Shown piece after piece: positions 64,000 through 64,000 of a stretch of DNA of 64,000 nt. The notes beneath the pieces are model-generated. The model was not told the origin of the DNA. It was given only the letters and a program-made list of their open reading frames with translations, and ran no database searches. Position 1 is the stretch's first letter. Each line of letters starts with the position of its first letter. A program made the translations under genes and the position numbers. Origin of the DNA: Pecten maximus (Eukaryota); contig NC_047018.1 in the NCBI RefSeq assembly GCF_902652985.1, positions 12,214,001-12,278,000 of the forward strand. The letters run 5' to 3'.

Positions 64000-64000
64000 A

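Larger units (their letters stand above)
60066..64000 (-). mobile_element. Apparently intact non-LTR retrotransposon (RTE-X-like LINE); 5' end outside the window
   Basis: (TTGAA)n tail at 60066-60085, ~200-bp 3' UTR, uninterrupted ORF2 and the ORF1 C-terminus. Clade is a best guess. Confidence 0.9.

Overview
AT-rich, intron-containing animal DNA; the repeat and TE content suggests a mollusc, probably a bivalve (inference). Manual splice reconstruction gives four host genes. (1) A 4-exon Fe(II)/2-oxoglutarate dioxygenase of the PhyH family (+, 1658-5833, ~261 aa). (2) A 4-exon cis-aconitate decarboxylase ACOD1/IRG1, the itaconate-producing enzyme (+, 12755-15607, ~517 aa). (3) A 6-exon membrane protein with about three tandem SatP/Ady2 (GPR1/FUN34/YaaH) carboxylate-channel repeats fused to a motif-altered YrdC/Sua5 domain (-, 56911-50751, ~898 aa). 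(4) Exon 1 of a second SatP-like gene, head-to-head with it (+, 57465-57627). The rest is minisatellites and mobile DNA: mariner copies, CR1-like and other LINE remnants, an apparently intact RTE-X-like LINE, an intron-containing Crypton-type tyrosine-recombinase element and derivatives, a DIRS/Ngaro remnant, a deleted Gypsy element and 7-bp-TSD foldback MITEs. The main candidate novelty is a possible animal itaconate-centred metabolic gene cluster (synthase + oxygenase + carboxylate channel/YrdC fusion). That functional link is inference and is not shown by the sequence.
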